20,000 bases of DNA from Psammoneis japonica (Eukaryota), in the NCBI GenBank assembly GCA_008632985.1, contig QPGO01000077.1:357694-377693 (forward strand), read 5' to 3'. Of this stretch, positions 17,609 through 20,000 are shown one piece after another; positions within the stretch are counted from its first letter, which is position 1; the number at the start of each line of letters is the position of its first letter. Made by a program: the position numbers and the translations under genes. Under the pieces are notes generated by a model. The model saw nothing but the letters and a program-made list of their open reading frames with translations, was not told the DNA's origin and did no database searches.

Positions 17609-20000
17609 TGTTATGGGGCCTTACATAAAGGGCAAGTCCTTCATGATTCACTTCGCGCTTTCACAATTAACAGAGTCGCGGTTTCATGGAGGCGGTTCAA
17701 GATGATTCTCTTCACAGTTTGAGTTCGCAGTGCAGTGTTCACAGTCGAGACCGAAGATGAGAGAACCTTCTGCATTTGTCGCGGAACATGACTCAAGCGG
17801 GACTCAAGTGATTGGGTCCCGGTCACGATTGAAGGATCACGCGGCAGACGACCACAGAAATCGGAGCCGACCATGAATGCCGCAATCGATCTTGAGGAAC
17901 AAGATCAATGAATCGAGTGGATGAGGAGCGACGATTTGACAAGATCGGTTTGGTGAGATTGATTTGGTAGGATTGATTTGGTAGGATTGATTTGACAAGA
18001 TTGAAGTCCAGCAGAAGAAGTGGAAAGGTGGATCGCAAATCATTGACGAGAGTGAGAAAAAGTGAAGGCTGTTTGCTTTGGTTTTGTGCACTCTTCAGCA
18101 GCATCAGCATCTGGTTGTCCAACATGATGTGTGTTGACATTTTGTGGCAACAGCGCATCCAAGAGCAGTGAGTGTGAGAAGCGATGAGAGCAAGGAAAAA
18201 GAGACCTGCGAGACTTCTCCTTTGTCGTGGAGCGAAGAGAGCACACTTCGAGAATGTTTTTGGTGAAAATCGAGCTGTGCAAGAGTGACTGCGGTTGTGA
18301 CAAAGCAGCCAATGTGGACCTGGGAGACAAGCTTCTTGCAAAGGTGGAATGCACAAGCAGAAAGAAGAAAGCAATGCAAGTTGATGGTGCAGAGACCCTG
18401 GAGGATCTTGGCAAGGAGGGCAAGAGAGATTGCACAAGCTGAGAGCACAAAATCTTTTGCCAAGATGATCCGAGCATTGCCTGAAAACTTGATCCAGGAC
18501 AGCAAGAACCAAGGTGGACCAAAGAAGTCTGTGTGTTGGATCAAGGAGTGCCTCAAGGAGCACTGCTTGGAGCAACATGCAGTGGATGATTGCCAGAACC
18601 TCTGTCAGAGGAGGTGTTGGTGCTAGAACCAGGTGAGTTCGAGGACGAAGCGCTGCTCCATTTCAACAAGTTGGAAGACGTTGACTCCAAGTTGGGAGCA
18701 ATTGATGACAAGTGTTGCTTGAATGAACTTCAGTTGAAGACTGACATCTGCACAAAAGTCCTGGATGACAACAAGCAGAGTTCTTTCAAGTTTGAGTGTT
18801 GCAAGGACGGCACGATGGAGAAAAGCGGGAGTGGGGCACTCATGGTCCACCAGGAGGATCTGCTGAGTCCACAAATTGATCTTCTGGAGTGGACAAGACC
18901 CTGGCTGTGAAGGTGCAGGGCAGCAAATTTTGCCCTGGCAACTGTGGGAAGTGCAGCCAGAAAGGTCACAAAGCCAACTTTTGTCCAAACAAGAACAACA
19001 AGAAGTCAAAGAAGTTTGATGGTGACTGCTGCAATTGTGGCAAGCACAGACACAGGGCAAGTGACTGCTGCAAGAAGAAGATGGATGAGAAAGAGGAAGA
19101 CAAGGAGATGGACAAAGTCACACTCACAGTGTTTGACTCAGTTCACTTGGTTGAGGAGGGCAAGAACCCTGTTCCTGATTCTTTCTTTGACACCTTCAAC
19201 ACCAAGCCTGCAGCAGTTCAAGAGGGAACTTAAGAGATTGGACAAATGGAATGAATCACCTTGTTGACCTGGTGTGAATGGAACAAAATGACAGACAATG
19301 AGGACAAAGAAGACAACAATGGCATGAGTGTGCCAGAGCCAGAAGTTCCTTTTGTGTTTCCGACAAGGACAAGGATGAAAGTGTCCCACCCTTGGTTTGC
19401 CAATGTGATTCCAACAGCAACACAGACAGCATCAAATTGATTGACATGAGCTCTGTGGTCCTTTCCAAGAGTTTGAGAACAAGGATTTGGACAGAGAGGA
19501 TGGTGAGTGGACAGCATCCCACCTCTGATCTGCCATTGTGACTTAGATTCTTCATCAGACGATTCTGAGTTTAAGCACGATGCGGACAATGAAGACAAGA
19601 TGACATTGATGTCTGGTGTGCAACATGAGCCAGAATGCAGTGGGCTGGTGTTTAGCTCCTGCTGGACTCTGGGTCAACAGCACTTGCCAAGAGGTCTCCT
19701 CAAGGGATGAGGAACCTCAATGAGGTCAACAAGGTTGTGAAGGACATGCATGATGGCAGTTGGCAGCAAAGCTTCAGGGAGATTTGCCACTCACATGCTG
19801 GAAAGGGAATGGTGCAGTGGCTGTTGCTGAGATGCACGTCCAGCCAAATGTCCCCACAACATTGTGAGCCTGATGAATCTGTTTGAGACTAATTGCATCC
19901 TCAGCCCCAAGACAGACCCCAAACAAGCCATTGTTCTTGAGTGCCCTGATGGCATGGAACAAATTTTTGAAAAATCTGCAAAAAGATGGGCTGTTTTGTG
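17609..20000 (+). mobile_element. Degenerate Ty1/Copia LTR retrotransposon (gag with two zinc knuckles and protease remnant), truncated by the window end; left boundary approximate
   Basis: Two CX2CX4HX4C knuckles (CGKCSQKGHKANFC 18943-18984; CCNCGKHRHRASDC 19027-19068). Copia-type protease LLLDSGST...GMRNL...HDGS (DSG at 19665-19673), followed by VQPNV.../NIVSLMNL. There are many stops and frameshifts, and dinucleotide composition shifts sharply near 17650. Confidence 0.82.
17929..18004. repeat. Imperfect 14-bp tandem repeat, ~5.5 units (consensus GATTGATTTGRYRR)
   Basis: Units: CGACGATTTGACAA, GATCGGTTTGGTGA, GATTGATTTGGTAG, GATTGATTTGGTAG, GATTGATTTGACAA, GATTGA. Confidence 0.85.

Noticed and set aside
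17330..17874. Minus-strand fragment reading RTCPLCKAP (RING-finger-like tail) and nearby short ORFs
   Set aside because: Flanked by stops with no other RING ligands; insufficient evidence.
17929..18004. CRISPR-like or telomeric array
   Set aside because: No unique spacers, 14-bp contiguous units, eukaryotic context, and no match to TTAGGG-type repeats.
17670..20000. Classical fungal RIP as the cause of element decay
   Set aside because: RIP enriches TpA and depletes CpA/TpG; the opposite is observed.

Overview
Gene-dense eukaryotic DNA with short GT-AG introns, most likely a diatom. That call is inferred from a bipartite plastid-targeting presequence, an RxL-type secreted protein and a Copia-like element. 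Left to right: PDCD5 (+); a plastid-targeted protein of unknown function (-); a convergent pair of bifunctional fusion genes that together encode the whole histidine-utilisation pathway (HutG-HutI on +, with three single-base frameshifts; HutH-HutU on -, intact with 2 introns; stop codons 39 bp apart); an LSH/DDM1-type SNF2 ATPase (+); a 341-bp tandem duplication; a TPR-GT41 (OGT-like) glycosyltransferase with a signal peptide and C-terminal NEEL (-); DCAF13/Sof1 (+); a secreted ricin-B-like protein (-); and a decayed Ty1/Copia retrotransposon running off the right end. Three things stand out. (1) The two-gene, four-enzyme hut cluster. (2) The retroelement is almost purged of TpA (6 by hand count in 18001-20000) and shows apparent Tyr-to-Cys/His changes, suggesting repeat-targeted TpA->TpG/CpA hypermutation, the reverse of fungal RIP. 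(3) The GT41 enzyme appears to be ER-luminal. All counts and family assignments were made by eye, with no database searches.
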